From: Auanema rhodensis
Taxonomy: Eukaryota > Animalia > Nematoda
NCBI GenBank assembly: GCA_964057225.1
Contig: OZ059900.1
Span: 14,136,001-14,200,000 of the forward strand
Reading direction: 5' to 3'
Length of the DNA stretch: 64,000 bases
Below, piece by piece: positions 41,566-55,467 of this stretch (position 1 is its first letter; the number at the start of each line of letters is the position of its first letter). The position numbers and the translations under genes are program-made. Below the pieces are notes generated by a model. It saw only the letters and a program-made list of their open reading frames with translations, was not told where the DNA came from and did no database searches.

Positions 41566-42483
41566 TTAACACTTCTTCGTTCTTGTGGTGTTGTAGCTTT
41601 GAACTTTCAGAAGAGCATTGACGTGAACTGTTGCACAAGCCCACACTGGGCATTTCATAGTCTGTAAAATTGAGAATTGAGATCAGCAGAACATGAAAAA
41701 CATTCATAAAAGTAATAAAACAGACATTTGCACATTTGGTTACAGTTTTTTGAACGAGATTTTTTGTAGCTGCAGCAGTAGCAAGTTTGTACATCTGGTC
41801 AAAGCATTTATCTCGCGGAGTATTATTTTTTTTGCATGCACCAACTTTGGTTTTTAACTGGAATATCAGTTGAAAAATTAGAAAAATCTAATTGAAAATA
41901 CTTGTGAATATGGAGGTTTTAAAGTTTCAGCAAGAACAGCACCAAATTGAGATAAAACATCCATTGTCTTCTCTTTCGCACCTCCATTTTTTAAACAGTT
42001 ATCGTCTAAACAATAGTTGGAATTAAACACATTATATTACTATAACTATATTATTATGGTAATATGAATAATCGAAATTGTATTTTAAATAGCAAGTTAA
42101 TAATATGCTGTAATGATCAAACTTACTTTTGCTCATTATTCCTAGTAAGGTAGAATATTTCAAGACTGGACATTCACTGACAATGTACTTCATACTTTCT
42201 AAAATAGAAACTTACTAACACGTTAAATTAATGAATAACTACTTTCAGCAATGTCTGGAAGAGAAAGGTCGTTGTAAATATCTAACCAAATTTTATCAAA
42301 TATCTAGATGCATTAAATTATACAGACTACTACGCTTAAAAAAACCTTTCCAAGCTCTTTTTCATTGAAGAAGGCAATAATAAGTTTAATCAATTTTTGA
42401 TTAAATGTGCTTTTGTTGTCGCATTCAATCAAGAAAAAAAGATTGACAGCAATAGCTAGCCCAAGAATTAATGAAAATCGCAT
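41566..42483 (-). CDS. Small secreted, Cys-containing, probably helical protein of unknown function
   Basis: Signal peptide MRFSLILGLAIAVNLFFLIEC; 6 phase-compatible exons ending ...TRTKKC*. Confidence 0.65.
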
Positions 42484-43362
42484 TCTGTAATCATAAGTTT
42501 ATTTCACAAGAACAATTAAATATGAAAATGAGCATTTTCATTCATAATCAGAAAACATATCTTCAGTATTTTTAAAAATTGTTAAATTAAAATGAAAACA
42601 AGCGAACATATTTTTGAATGGCTATTACATATTTTCATCTCTTTTTTATGTAGAATATTTGCAAACCAGCCGCATTAAGCTTAATTAAATCCCATTGTTT
42701 TTATGAATTATAGTCAATTAATGGAATTGTATGATGCTATCCATACGTGGCTCTGATTTCAGAAAATAAATTTTTTTATGAAGGATTTGAAAAATTTTTT
42801 TAATTGCTGTACAGATAATCCAATGCTCAAATTGACTAGATTTACCAATAGTATAACAACAATATACAAAACTTCAAACCCTCCAATAAACATTAATCAC
42901 TTATACAATTTTTCTGACCATATCGTTGAAAGTCTAAAACAGTTTCTATACACACTTTATGTACTCTTAAAAACTTCAATTTACAAAATAGAGTCCGATC
43001 GCTATTTCATAATAAATTGAAGTCCCGAATGGTGATACATAGAAAAATTTCACTTTATTTTAATATTGTCTATTCTTTCGTAAACGAGGTCGAATATTTG
43101 ACCCTATTTCATAGTTGACGATTAGAGACTCATGTACAAGGTGTTGTTGAAAAGGGTACAAATGAAGACACTAATATAGGTCGGATAGTGTTAGGACCTT
43201 GACCCAAACTGAGAAACGTCCCTTCTAACATTAACAATCAGTTACCCTAACCAAGCGCATACGGCTATAGGAAGAGCTACTCTAGCAGATCATCTTTTTT
43301 CAAATTGGTATGAATTTCTTAAAATATTCTTATTTCTTAACAACTATTTTCAGCTAGCTGAG

Positions 43363-45420
43363 ATGCTATCTCTTCTTGCATTTGTTTTCTGTTGTAGTAT
43401 AGCGCAAGCTTATGATTCAAACACCCCTGTTGTTATCAAACTTCCAGCCGGTAATCATGTTAACTTTATGGTAAAAGAATTTCATTTAAATTGAAGGAAA
43501 TATTAATTGATTTCAGGCTGTACCACCAAAAGCAATCCCTACACCTGAAACTCAAAGACCAGTAAATCCAGTTGCAATGCCAGCACAGGCACAACAAGTT
43601 CCTACTGTAGTTGTTCCTCCTGCACATGCTACAGTTGCAGCTCAACAACCAGTTGTAATGCAGGCAGGAGCACCAGGAAGTCAAAGCTTCTCTGGACGTC
43701 AAGTATGTGCTATTAAACTTATTTCTCAGTAATTATCAATATTTCAGCCAAATGTTGTTGCTGGACCATCAGTGACTATTCCACCAGATGTTCAGAACCA
43801 ATTAATTAAATTTTTCGGTCTTGATTCCTTTGGAATTCCAGGACTTACCGGTAACCACCCACAGGGAATTGCAGGAGCTCTTCAAGAAATGAGAGCATCC
43901 GGAATTCCTGTCGCAGGAATCCCAAACAACAATGACGCTGCTACAAATAATGGTATTTTAACTACTTCAATAGTAAAAGTTACATATATAATTTAAGATG
44001 TTCTGGCTCAAGCCAACTCTAATTTCACTAACCAGCTCACACAAATGGCTGAACAAACCAAGAACCCTGGACCATATCATCCAGGAGGATCACTTCCACT
44101 TCCTGCTGATACACCAGGAGAGAACGGATTCATTGGACTTTTATCAAACTCAATCCGCAAACTTGTTAAAGACAGTAAGCTTGATGTTTAGAAAAAGCAT
44201 TTACAATTGTATTTAGCTGGTGTATCCGATGCTCTATCCAATTCTCTTCCTTCTATTCTTGGAACTGGATCTTCTGGTTCATCATCAGCGGCCTCATCCT
44301 CAGCAGCCGACATTTCTTCCTCCAACGATGCTGATCCAGTAAAACACGTAAAAGGAGAAAATATCAGACGCAAACCATCTTCATCTTCCCCCACTCAAGG
44401 AGTTTTGTCTGGAATCGCAGCTGCTCTCGGAGGAGGTGAGATCAAGTATAGGAACTTTTTAAAATGCAAAACAATTAGGTGGAAAAAACTCACCAACACA
44501 TGCTGGACTCCCAAGAATTCCTGGAATTCCTCTGTTACCCGGTGGTATCCCTCGTAACTCTGAAGGACAAATCGATGTTGTTCAATTGATCGGTAGTGAA
44601 CTTTTGTCAAAGTATTTCATTCATAGCTTATTTTAGGATCCGTTACAAAGCGTATCTCAAACGGAACCACGTTGGCTGATGTACTTCCACCTGAGCAATT
44701 GCAAACTTTGGCTGATAATGTTACTGATGCTCTTCTCCCTGATGTGCCAAACGATTTCGATTTCTCTAAATTTATGGGAAGATGGTTTGAAGGAGTTAAC
44801 TCACCCCGTGCTACCGAACAAAGATGTGTTGTTCATCACTGTAAATAGATACTTTATAATATTTCATTAATTGAAAACTATAGATGGCGGTTTGACTAAG
44901 AACGACAAAACAGCTACTTTCACAGCTTTGAAGATTTATCGAGAAGGTTCTGAGTTTGGCCCTGTCAAGTACTCTATCGGATACGCCTTCCGTGGTGGAA
45001 ACAAAAATGCTATGCTCACTCTCCACACTTCCGAAAACAGTGATACTCAACCATGTAACTCTTTATTTAAAAAATTAGCTTATCAAATGATACACGTTTA
45101 GTCTGGATTTACAAGCTTGGACCTGAAGGCAAGGATCCATTCGGAAATCCTCAATATGAATACGCCATTGTTTCTAATTGGGTCAAATATCCTGTTACTG
45201 TATTGGTTCGTGATCCCGACACTTTCAAAACAAAATATCAGAAAGAGGTTTTTTCATATTAAGTAAACATTCGCTTTATAATACGAAATTGCAGGTGTTG
45301 ATCTGGCTTGAGAAGGAAGGATTCGTAAATGGATTCATACGTGCTTTTAACATGTTGCAACCAGCCTCTTATTCCAGTTGTCAATACGCTGATAGTACTT
45401 TCGAAGTGTTCGGAAAATAG
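43363..45420 (+). CDS. lpr-3: Lipocalin-related apical ECM protein, copy 1
   Basis: Signal peptide; Pro/Gly-rich region PDVQNQLIKFFGLDSFGIPGLTGNHPQG; lipocalin core DFSKFMGRWFEG...YEYAIVSNW...VLVRDP. Confidence 0.85.
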
Positions 45421-46471
45421 AAGCTAGGATCTAGTTTTAGAAAATCATTCTGTTCTAAAAATCATTGTTTTTCATATGTGATCTGATATAATAATAATTG
45501 ACAAACATTTTAATGAATTCAGTGATTTATCACAATCTAATAATAAGTAATTGTAATAATTATTGATAATAATATTCATAATAATCATATTAATAATTTT
45601 TGTAATAATGTATACTATAAAACTTGTTACTTCTCTAATGAAGCTTTTTAAAATCTTATTTTCATTCTTCTTTTTATCAATTTTCAACTGTATAAGTTTT
45701 TCTCAAAACTACTTGTTTGTTAGATGAATACAACAAAACAATCCAACTCATCACATATAAACAACTGACCCCTTGATTGGGAAGATTTTTTTTTGAAAAT
45801 ATGGAATAGTATTTATACTTTATAAAGTAACTTCAAACTTGATTCGGCTAAAACAATCAGTTTTGATATCATTGCAGCTATTTTTGTAATAACAAAAACT
45901 ATAAATACTAAGAACTACACCTACGTGCAGAGCAATTGTCGCAAGTTTCTTGTTATCAGCTTTACTAAACACACTTCGTACTGATAAATCGAAGAGCAAT
46001 GTCTTTTCTAGCTTCAAATCCATTCAGTTTGATCATTCAACATCCGATTTATCAGATATTTGATCAATACTATGAAATCATTTGAAGTAATTGTTCTTTT
46101 TGGTTGAAATATAGCCGGATGGTTTCATTTTAAACTTTTTATCTGTTCAGAAAAGATAATTCAAACAAGGTAATGGAATCGGTTAAGATCAATCTCATAG
46201 TGTATACTGACCCTATTTCATAGCTGGCGATTAGAGACTTATGTACAAGGTGTTGTTGAAAAGGGTACAAATGAAGACACTAATATAGGTCGGATAGTGT
46301 TAGGACCTTGACCCAAACTGAGAAACGTCCCTTCTAACATTAACAATCAGTTACCCTAACCAAGCGCATACGGCTATAGGAAGAGCTACTCTAGCAGATC
46401 ATCTTTTTTCAAATTGGTATGAATTTCTTAAAATATTCTTATTTCTTAACAACTATTTTCAGCTAGCTGAG

Positions 46472-48529
46472 ATGCTATCTCTTCTTGCATTTGTTTTCTG
46501 TTGTAGTATAGCGCAAGCTTATGATTCAAACACCCCTGTTGTTATCAAACTTCCAGCCGGTAATCATGTTAACTTTATGGTAAAAGAATTTCATTTAAAT
46601 TGAAGGAAATATTAATTGATTTCAGGCTGTACCACCAAAAGCAATCCCTACACCTGAAACTCAAAGACCAGTAAATCCAGTTGCAATGCCAGCACAGGCA
46701 CAACAAGTTCCTACTGTAGTTGTTCCTCCTGCACATGCTACAGTTGCAGCTCAACAACCAGTTGTAATGCAGGCAGGAGCACCAGGAAGTCAAAGCTTCT
46801 CTGGACGTCAAGTATGTGCTATTAAACTTATTTCTCAGTAATTATCAATATTTCAGCCAAATGTTGTTGCTGGACCATCAGTGACTATTCCACCAGATGT
46901 TCAGAACCAATTAATTAAATTTTTCGGTCTTGATTCCTTTGGAATTCCAGGACTTACCGGTAACCACCCACAGGGAATTGCAGGAGCTCTTCAAGAAATG
47001 AGAGCATCCGGAATTCCTGTCGCAGGAATCCCAAACAACAATGACGCTGCTACAAATAATGGTATTTTAACTACTTCAATAGTAAAAGTTACATATATAA
47101 TTTAAGATGTTCTGGCTCAAGCCAACTCTAATTTCACTAACCAGCTCACACAAATGGCTGAACAAACCAAGAACCCTGGACCATATCATCCAGGAGGATC
47201 ACTTCCACTTCCTGCTGATACACCAGGAGAGAACGGATTCATTGGACTTTTATCAAACTCAATCCGCAAACTTGTTAAAGACAGTAAGCTTGATGTTTAG
47301 AAAAAGCATTTACAATTGTATTTAGCTGGTGTATCCGATGCTCTATCCAATTCTCTTCCTTCTATTCTTGGAACTGGATCTTCTGGTTCATCATCAGCGG
47401 CCTCATCCTCAGCAGCCGACATTTCTTCCTCCAACGATGCTGATCCAGTAAAACACGTAAAAGGAGAAAATATCAGACGCAAACCATCTTCATCTTCCCC
47501 CACTCAAGGAGTTTTGTCTGGAATCGCAGCTGCTCTCGGAGGAGGTGAGATCAAGTATAGGAACTTTTTAAAATGCAAAACAATTAGGTGGAAAAAACTC
47601 ACCAACACATGCTGGACTCCCAAGAATTCCTGGAATTCCTCTGTTACCCGGTGGTATCCCTCGTAACTCTGAAGGACAAATCGATGTTGTTCAATTGATC
47701 GGTAGTGAACTTTTGTCAAAGTATTTCATTCATAGCTTATTTTAGGATCCGTTACAAAGCGTATCTCAAACGGAACCACGTTGGCTGATGTACTTCCACC
47801 TGAGCAATTGCAAACTTTGGCTGATAATGTTACTGATGCTCTTCTCCCTGATGTGCCAAACGATTTCGATTTCTCTAAATTTATGGGAAGATGGTTTGAA
47901 GGAGTTAACTCACCCCGTGCTACCGAACAAAGATGTGTTGTTCATCACTGTAAATAGATACTTTATAATATTTCATTAATTGAAAACTATAGATGGCGGT
48001 TTGACTAAGAACGACAAAACAGCTACTTTCACAGCTTTGAAGATTTATCGAGAAGGTTCTGAGTTTGGCCCTGTCAAGTACTCTATCGGATACGCCTTCC
48101 GTGGTGGAAACAAAAATGCTATGCTCACTCTCCACACTTCCGAAAACAGTGATACTCAACCATGTAACTCTTTATTTAAAAAATTAGCTTATCAAATGAT
48201 ACACGTTTAGTCTGGATTTACAAGCTTGGACCTGAAGGCAAGGATCCATTCGGAAATCCTCAATATGAATACGCCATTGTTTCTAATTGGGTCAAATATC
48301 CTGTTACTGTATTGGTTCGTGATCCCGACACTTTCAAAACAAAATATCAGAAAGAGGTTTTTTCATATTAAGTAAACATTCGCTTTATAATACGAAATTG
48401 CAGGTGTTGATCTGGCTTGAGAAGGAAGGATTCGTAAATGGATTCATACGTGCTTTTAACATGTTGCAACCAGCCTCTTATTCCAGTTGTCAATACGCTG
48501 ATAGTACTTTCGAAGTGTTCGGAAAATAG
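46472..48529 (+). CDS. lpr-3: Lipocalin-related apical ECM protein, copy 2 (appears identical to copy 1)
   Basis: Same sequence as 43363-45420 shifted by 3109. Confidence 0.82.
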
Positions 48530-49281
48530 AAGCTAGGATCTAGTTTTAGAAAATCATTCTGTTCTAAAAATCATTGTTTTTCATATGTGATCTGATATAA
48601 TAATAATTGACAAACATTTTAATGAATTCAGTGATTTATCACAATCTAATAATAAGTAATTGTAATAATTATTGATAATAATATTCATAATAATCATATT
48701 AATAATTTTTGTAATAATGTATACTATAAAACTTGTTACTTCTCTAATGAAGCTTTTTAAAATCTTATTTTCATTCTTCTTTTTATCAATTTTCATCTGT
48801 AGACTTGTAAGTTACTCCTGATAATTCAGGGTTTTCGATAAGTATTTCAATTCAAATTGATTTGTAACCGCGTTCAGTAAAATATATTAGTTTAATTTTT
48901 GTTCATCAATTTTAAGGTAAAATATTCTATTTTTCTCTATTTTTTCTATTGAAAATTCGGTTTTCTACGAATTCTAAATGTTTGACATAAATATTTTGAA
49001 GTATTTGCTCAGATGTATGACAAAGCAAAGCAATAATTTGTTCTTTTCGTTCTTTCACGGCTAATGGAAATGAGGCCACGGTATATTCAAATAGGTTTGT
49101 GTAATATTTCAAATAATATAGTACATTCTTCAGTTGACCTATGCGCCAGAGATCTCATTATGCTTTCAATTGTTCCGAAATTAGGTTGACCGGTTCCCTA
49201 CTACGTGAAGGTCATATCACAATTCGATCAGATAGAGTGGGGAACAGTAGCGGTCATTTCACCATTCATTCCTATACTAAG

Positions 49282-50573
49282 ATGATGCTATATCCCAGTT
49301 TGTTGGCTGCTTTATTTTTCATAAGTTCTGTCAATGCAATAGGAGAAAATGCTGTAAGTCATATATTTGCTGAAACGTTTATGCGTATGTTCAAATGCAC
49401 AAAGTGTTATTCTAAAGCTTTTTCATATTAACTATTTTACAGATGAATATTAATGCCATTACCGGTATAATAGGTGGTATTGGAAAGATGTTGGATAGTA
49501 AAATGGAAACAATCAACATTCCTACTGACTTGTTAATGGGAAAATGGTTCCAGGTCTAGTTCATAGCATTTGAAAAAACTTAAAATACCAATAAGTTCAG
49601 ATTTATAAAGCTTCTGTTAATTTTGATAACGTGCGAAATCAAATATATTGTCCCGTTTCTTATTGTAAGTTTTTAATCATATTCTAATAAACTAAACAAA
49701 TTATTAGTTTCACCAAACCCTATCATGGGAGAAGATGGATTCTCAATGGAGGAATCTTTTAGAGTTGTTTCTAAAAATGGACCAATTGAGACATATAAAA
49801 GGGATGTTAGTAAAGTAGGACCAGGACAGTACTGGCTTTATACCGAAGAGTACTTTTATCCAAAGCAATGTATGAATGCATTCCAAAAACAAGATTTTAA
49901 TATAAATTTGATTTAGTCAACATAATCGGATGCGGTCCTTCTTTTGTCAACAACACAAACGCTACATCTGAAGATGTTCAATATATAATTGCTACTGACT
50001 CAGGAAGAATGTCTTTATCTGTCTATGCGCGCGAACCAAATGTCTTCTTCCAGGTTTCTTTTATATATAGTTGTTTATATTGCGTGATATTTTTCAATTA
50101 TATTTTTATTAGACTTTTCAAGGTCAGAGAACACTCTCATCCAGTGTATTATTTAGGTCAAAAGTCAGCAAAATCGTGAAGAAATAACCTATATTACTTG
50201 CTTTGTCACCATATTACACTTTTTCTTTCAGGAATATAATAAAGAAGTTACTGAATTTATGGAGAGCAAAGGATTTGGAGGACGTGTCTTCTGGAACAGC
50301 CCAAAACCAGTATACCAAGGACCCGATTGTGATTGGCCTACCGAGAAAGAAGTTTTTGCAAGAAGGTAAGTAAAGAATGAATTATAATCAATGTTTTCAA
50401 AATTTTGTAGGGTTCTGAAAAATCAAGAAATATCGGAACAAGCCAAGAAGGAAGCTGCTAACCCTCAAAAGGAATCACATGTTCCAACCAGTGGACTGTC
50501 TTTATCTGATATGCTTCGTGATCCAAAATCCACATGGGAACGCCTTGTTGGTCCATTGTCTTTGAACAATTAG
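49282..50573 (+). CDS. Lipocalin-related protein, LPR-4/5/6 type
   Basis: Signal peptide MMLYPSLLAALFFISSVNA; LMGKWFQIYKA; GPGQYWLYTEEYFYPKQ; YIIATDSGRMSLSVYAREP. Confidence 0.85.
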
Positions 50574-50585
50574 TTTTTTATGTAC

Positions 50586-50613
50586 AATAATAATAATAAT
50601 AATAATAATAATA
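50586..50613. repeat. (AAT)n microsatellite in 3' region
   Basis: aataataataataataataataataata. Confidence 0.8.
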
Positions 50614-51182
50614 TTGCTAATGGTTACTCATGAATTCAAATACATAAATTGTCTTGAAATAACACGATATAACTATGAAACACAACAGACAATTTTCTAT
50701 TCCAACTATACCTTACTGTCCCCTAAACCCAAACAAAATGAAATATAAAGTTTCCATCGTAATCTTCTTCAACCAAAAGTTATTCATTTAACTTAGTCGT
50801 TTTAGAACCTGTGATTATACACAATAAACAAATTTAATTGTAAAAACCGAAGATTTACTTTAGTATTACAAAGATTATGACAAAATAGAAACTGGATATC
50901 TAATAACTACGAAAAACAGAAAATTCTGTAATAAGAGCAATATTGAAAAATAATTAAATCATATTTTCTTTTAAAATATAATGTAAATATAAGTATTCAA
51001 ATGAGGAAATGTATAATAATATAGTAGATCAAATAAGAAATAAGTGTTTGTATGAAAAGTAAAGCTTGATAAAAGTTATCAGTACAGAGAAAGGGTTTAT
51101 TTTAGCTGATGATACCCGTTTTAAAATAATTAAGCTTAATAGCACGAAACATCAGAAGCAATTTAGCTCAATAAGATAATGG

Positions 51183-53252
51183 CTATACAGATGATTCACT
51201 ACTGATTTTCAGAGTGAATTTACTGAGCGACGCACTTGATTGCTCAGTTAGATTGAAAAATGGTAACTCATTGATGGTACAGAGCAATTGAACACCTGAG
51301 TTGTCATCCTAAATAAAAATATATTTGTTAAATATGAAATTATATAAATATTCACTTTCGTGTGAGAACGTAATATGAAAGTTGTTCCATGTTGAATAGG
51401 AGAACATGCTTGCTCATCGGAAATTATAGACCATTTTGAAGTATCGAGGGTGTTCTTAATTTATCTTTTTTTTAAATATTTTATAATCAAATTACCTTTG
51501 GAGGATAGTGTGTGCTGAAGAAGCGTTGTAAAAAGGTTCTCGCGCTCAATTTCATACTGAGACACCTATAAACCAATATTATTGAAAATATTTACAACGA
51601 AATTATTAAATTTACCTTTCAATGTGATGAGTAACAGTTTCAGATGAATGTTTTTGCAATTGCCGGGTTAGTTTTAAGTATTTGTTTAGAGGCCTCACAA
51701 TGAGTGTAAATACACTTTGAGCAGCCGCCCAAGAATCCATGGGATCACCCAAGACCTTAAAAAAAAAGAACATCAGTCACCAGCGTATAAAAACTTACAT
51801 TTAATCTATTATGAACAGGCTGTGTCTGTGCATAACTCTGGACATGAGCAAAAGCATCTTCTGTTGAGACAATTAAGCGATATTTCCGTTTTTTTAAACG
51901 GCGATCCCATTCAAGCTCATCTTGTAATAGCTCGTTATGGCCTGTATGACGACGGCGACTCGCCGCTTCTAGTAAAGCACGAGCATTCACTTCACTCATT
52001 GCTTCTCGACCATCACCAAGACCTTCAATGTTATACATTTTGAAACCACCAGAATTATTTGATCCATTATTGGGTTTGCCAAATTTTGCCTGAAAATTTC
52101 AATAAACATTGAACTTTTCTACCCTAGTTTTACCTTATCCAATGCAGGATTATAGGAAGTGAACATAGTGCTATAAATTCTCAGAACTTCAATACCTGCT
52201 TCTTGTAGAGACATCATACCTTAATTTTTTGATTACAAAATTTAATTTTTTATAGTTATCACCTATATTGATACAATGTGATTCGCCATCAGGATCACGT
52301 ACTATTGTAATAGAAAACTCTGTACGTAGTTTTCGTAATTCTAATACAATCACAGAAATGTAGTGAGTATATAGTAGAGCATCTAACAACGATAAAGCAA
52401 ATGTGACCTGAATACTGTTACTACGAGTTCTCGAATAAGTTTCTTACCACATATGTATAGTTCTCTCTCTTCTCAAAAATGACCCGCACACTATAAAACA
52501 ACCAATATGCGAATAGTATGAAAACTACAAACATAGTTAATGCTACTCGAGCAAAATATCTGAAAAAAAAAGAATTACATAGTGGTGGGAAAATAATCTT
52601 ACAATCTTGGTAAATCAGCAGCTGCGCGTCGCCAGTACAAGGCAGCTAAAGCTACAATTAGTAGAAATGTTTTTATTACTAATAATAACATATAGCCTTG
52701 GCAGTCAATCTAAAAAAACAATACAAAAAGGTAAGATGACTTGTTATAAACTCACCCCGCATGTTGTTGGAGGATACTCAATTGCTAAATAATCCGCAAA
52801 ATATGGTATTAAACACATTAGTGGAGCTGAACTGACTGCTATTATAGATACTACTGAAGCTGACATCAGCCAAAACAGTCGAGAACATCTTCAAAAATTA
52901 AATGTAAAATTTTAAAAATATGAGAAACTATACTTCCTATTCACAATCCGACCTATTGGGGGCTCAAACACAGTTTTTACTGGTTCATCAAAAGAATGTT
53001 CACTTGTAGCCCCAGTCAGAACAGTTGTGTTTTCTCCCCATTCGTATTTTGATGTAGGTGCTTTAACACCCTGAAACAAAGCTTATTCGTATCAGTTGTG
53101 ATATATTAGAATACTTCACTAATGATAGCAGAGAATCTAGGTACAAACGGTTCTACAATATCAGATTGAGCAGATCTTTTAGCCCAATTATTATGATCTC
53201 GTCCTGAACTGCGGGATCCGGACCTGCGTCCGCCCGTTGACACAACAGACAT
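51183..53252 (-). CDS. vang-1: Van Gogh/Strabismus planar cell polarity protein
   Basis: WGENTTVLTGATSEHS; four TM segments; LLYTHYISVIVLELR; IVRDPDGES; LEAASRRRHTGHNE..EWDRRLKKRKYRL; C-terminal PDZ-binding ESSV*. Confidence 0.95.
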
Positions 53253-53696
53253 ATATTGTCTAGAAACATTGCAAATTTGTGAAAAATAAAGAAAGCTCTA
53301 CAACATGGTGAAAAGAACATAGCATTTCGCGGATATAAAAACATGGATTAAACTTCATGTAACAATGCAATTATTAACGATTTGAAAAAAGGTTCTAGAA
53401 ATTATGAACATGAATAAATATAAAAGAAGAAAAACACAAAAAGAAAATAACATTTTCCATTGAAATTATGAAAAAAGACGATTATGTAGTGTAGAACTGC
53501 AAAAAAAACAAAAGAAAACATATTGTAAAGTTTAAAGTATTCAACCACAAAGTGGATCTAATAGTTTTTTCTGCAAGATTGTATACATAATATATGTAGA
53601 AACTGTGTAAAAATAAGAAATAAATCGATTTAGACTCACATGGCACACACACTAAGTGTAAATTGATCTGAAACGGGTACATTGGAGGCACGCTCA

Positions 53697-53788
53697 TTCA
53701 AAGCCTGCTGGACGCCTTACGGAGGCCGTAATTGGCGGGAAAGCAGATGATTTGAAAATAGACGCATTGTGAGACAATGGTCTTTTTT
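53697..53788 (+). ncRNA. Candidate structured non-coding RNA (long interrupted hairpin, second hairpin, T6), unidentified
   Basis: Nested complementary blocks TTCAAA/TTTGAA, CTGCT/AGCAG, CGCC/GGCG and TTACGG/CCGTAA, then GAC-G-CATTGT/ACAATG-GTC and TTTTTT. It is a GC-rich island in AT-rich intergenic DNA. Confidence 0.35.
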
Positions 53789-55467
53789 AATTTGAGGATT
53801 GAGTATCAAATGATCAATCAAGATTGCATACAATGAATATACTGAGAAGTAGTTTATAAACAGAAAATAGTGAAGTGAACGTGTTCGAGGTTACACCACA
53901 TTCTTCACAAATTGAATATTCGAGTTTCAATCCATATTGTGTAACTGTATGATTTTTCTCGTTATAAGAAAACAATAAATTTGAATCGTTTATATAATTT
54001 TTTATTTTATCAAATCAGCATTCAAAATGTATTGCCGACAGATTGTTACTTCAGGATGTAGTTTCTTCATATATCCCTCCAAACGCATTGAAAATAATTC
54101 TAGTCGATTAGAATTTACACGATGACCTTGCGATAATATACCAGGTTGTCATTGAACGGAGAAAATATTATTCGACATGTGGCCATTACCCAGCATGTCT
54201 TTTTCGTTTTCCTACTATTCTTCCTTGGTTTTATTGCATATCTGTATATAGCAATCTATATCTTCATGTACGGTATATATATATATATATATATAAATAT
54301 AAATATATAAGGATAAAAAAGATATATGTATAGATTAATCTAGATCAATCACAACGGGATCTATTTTATATTCTTGTTAATGATTTGAGATAATAATGTC
54401 CTTGATTTTAGTACTTTCTAGTAAGAATATTAGTATGCTTATATATATATATATATATAAGTTGGAAATGCTCAAAACATTAGTTTATTTCCAAAGTAAA
54501 ATCTGATAAAAACTTGGAATAGTTAAGCGCAAAAAATTGTTAACTTTTTATGCTACTATTCTTTTGATTGTTGTGTTTTTCTACACATTTCTCTTTCTTT
54601 TTGCACCCTTCACTTTCCTTGTTCTTTCTGTGGTAAACGTCTCATCTTTTTCTTCTTTTTCTCTCACTTATTCTATAAGTCTTATTTGTCTTCATCTTCA
54701 CTAGTATAGTGACTCTATGTGCTATATTAGGCATTGTATCACAACTATCTTCTCCAATGCATTATCTCTCATCGGTAATGTCTATCTTGTTACTACCTTA
54801 TACTGCCATGTCTATTCTTGCGTGTTCTATGTGGGGTTGATGGGCGGAGCTAAAGACAGAAATGGTTGTCTAACTTAAGAAACTGTCCGATCAACACAAA
54901 CATTATGTGGCTTAATTCGGTATGGTGCGCTGAATAAAAATATCAGCTATATTATGTAAATGTATGTATATAAAACTTTTTTTTGTAACTTATTATTTCT
55001 TTTGAAAATTGAAATTCCCTCTTCAACTTAATCATTCTTGGCTCAATAAATATTTCTTCTTTTCGTTTCTCATCAATATCGCCACTGGACTTTTTCTTGT
55101 ATGTGCAGCCGACCACTTGTATTTGTTTTTGTGCGGACTAGTCCAATTAGTTTTCTATCAACCCTGCCTTCTAAGATCTGATTCACCCAAACTGTTTTTT
55201 CTTTTTATAACTTTGGTATAGTCTCACAAAACATGTACAAATTTTCAAATAGCTCAGTTTGAAGAAACATGTTTAGTTTTTTTACTTTCTTTCATTTCCA
55301 CATCATATGTAGACAATACAACTTTACAAAATCAACTACTTAATTTTTTTCAAGTATGACGCTAATTACATATAGAACTTTAATAGAATTGCTTCCCCCC
55401 AATTTTGTTATTTGACTTTTTTAGCAAAGTTTTTTCTCATGTTTTTATATTCCTCCTTATTTTCTAG

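Larger units (their letters stand above)
43099..48795 (+). repeat. Direct duplication of ~2.59 kb (43099-45686 and 46208-48795, offset 3109) with a ~520 bp unique spacer
   Basis: Identical ORF sets at offset 3109. Introns and UTRs match wherever I compared them; I saw a few mismatches only in the first ~35 bp. Confidence 0.97.
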
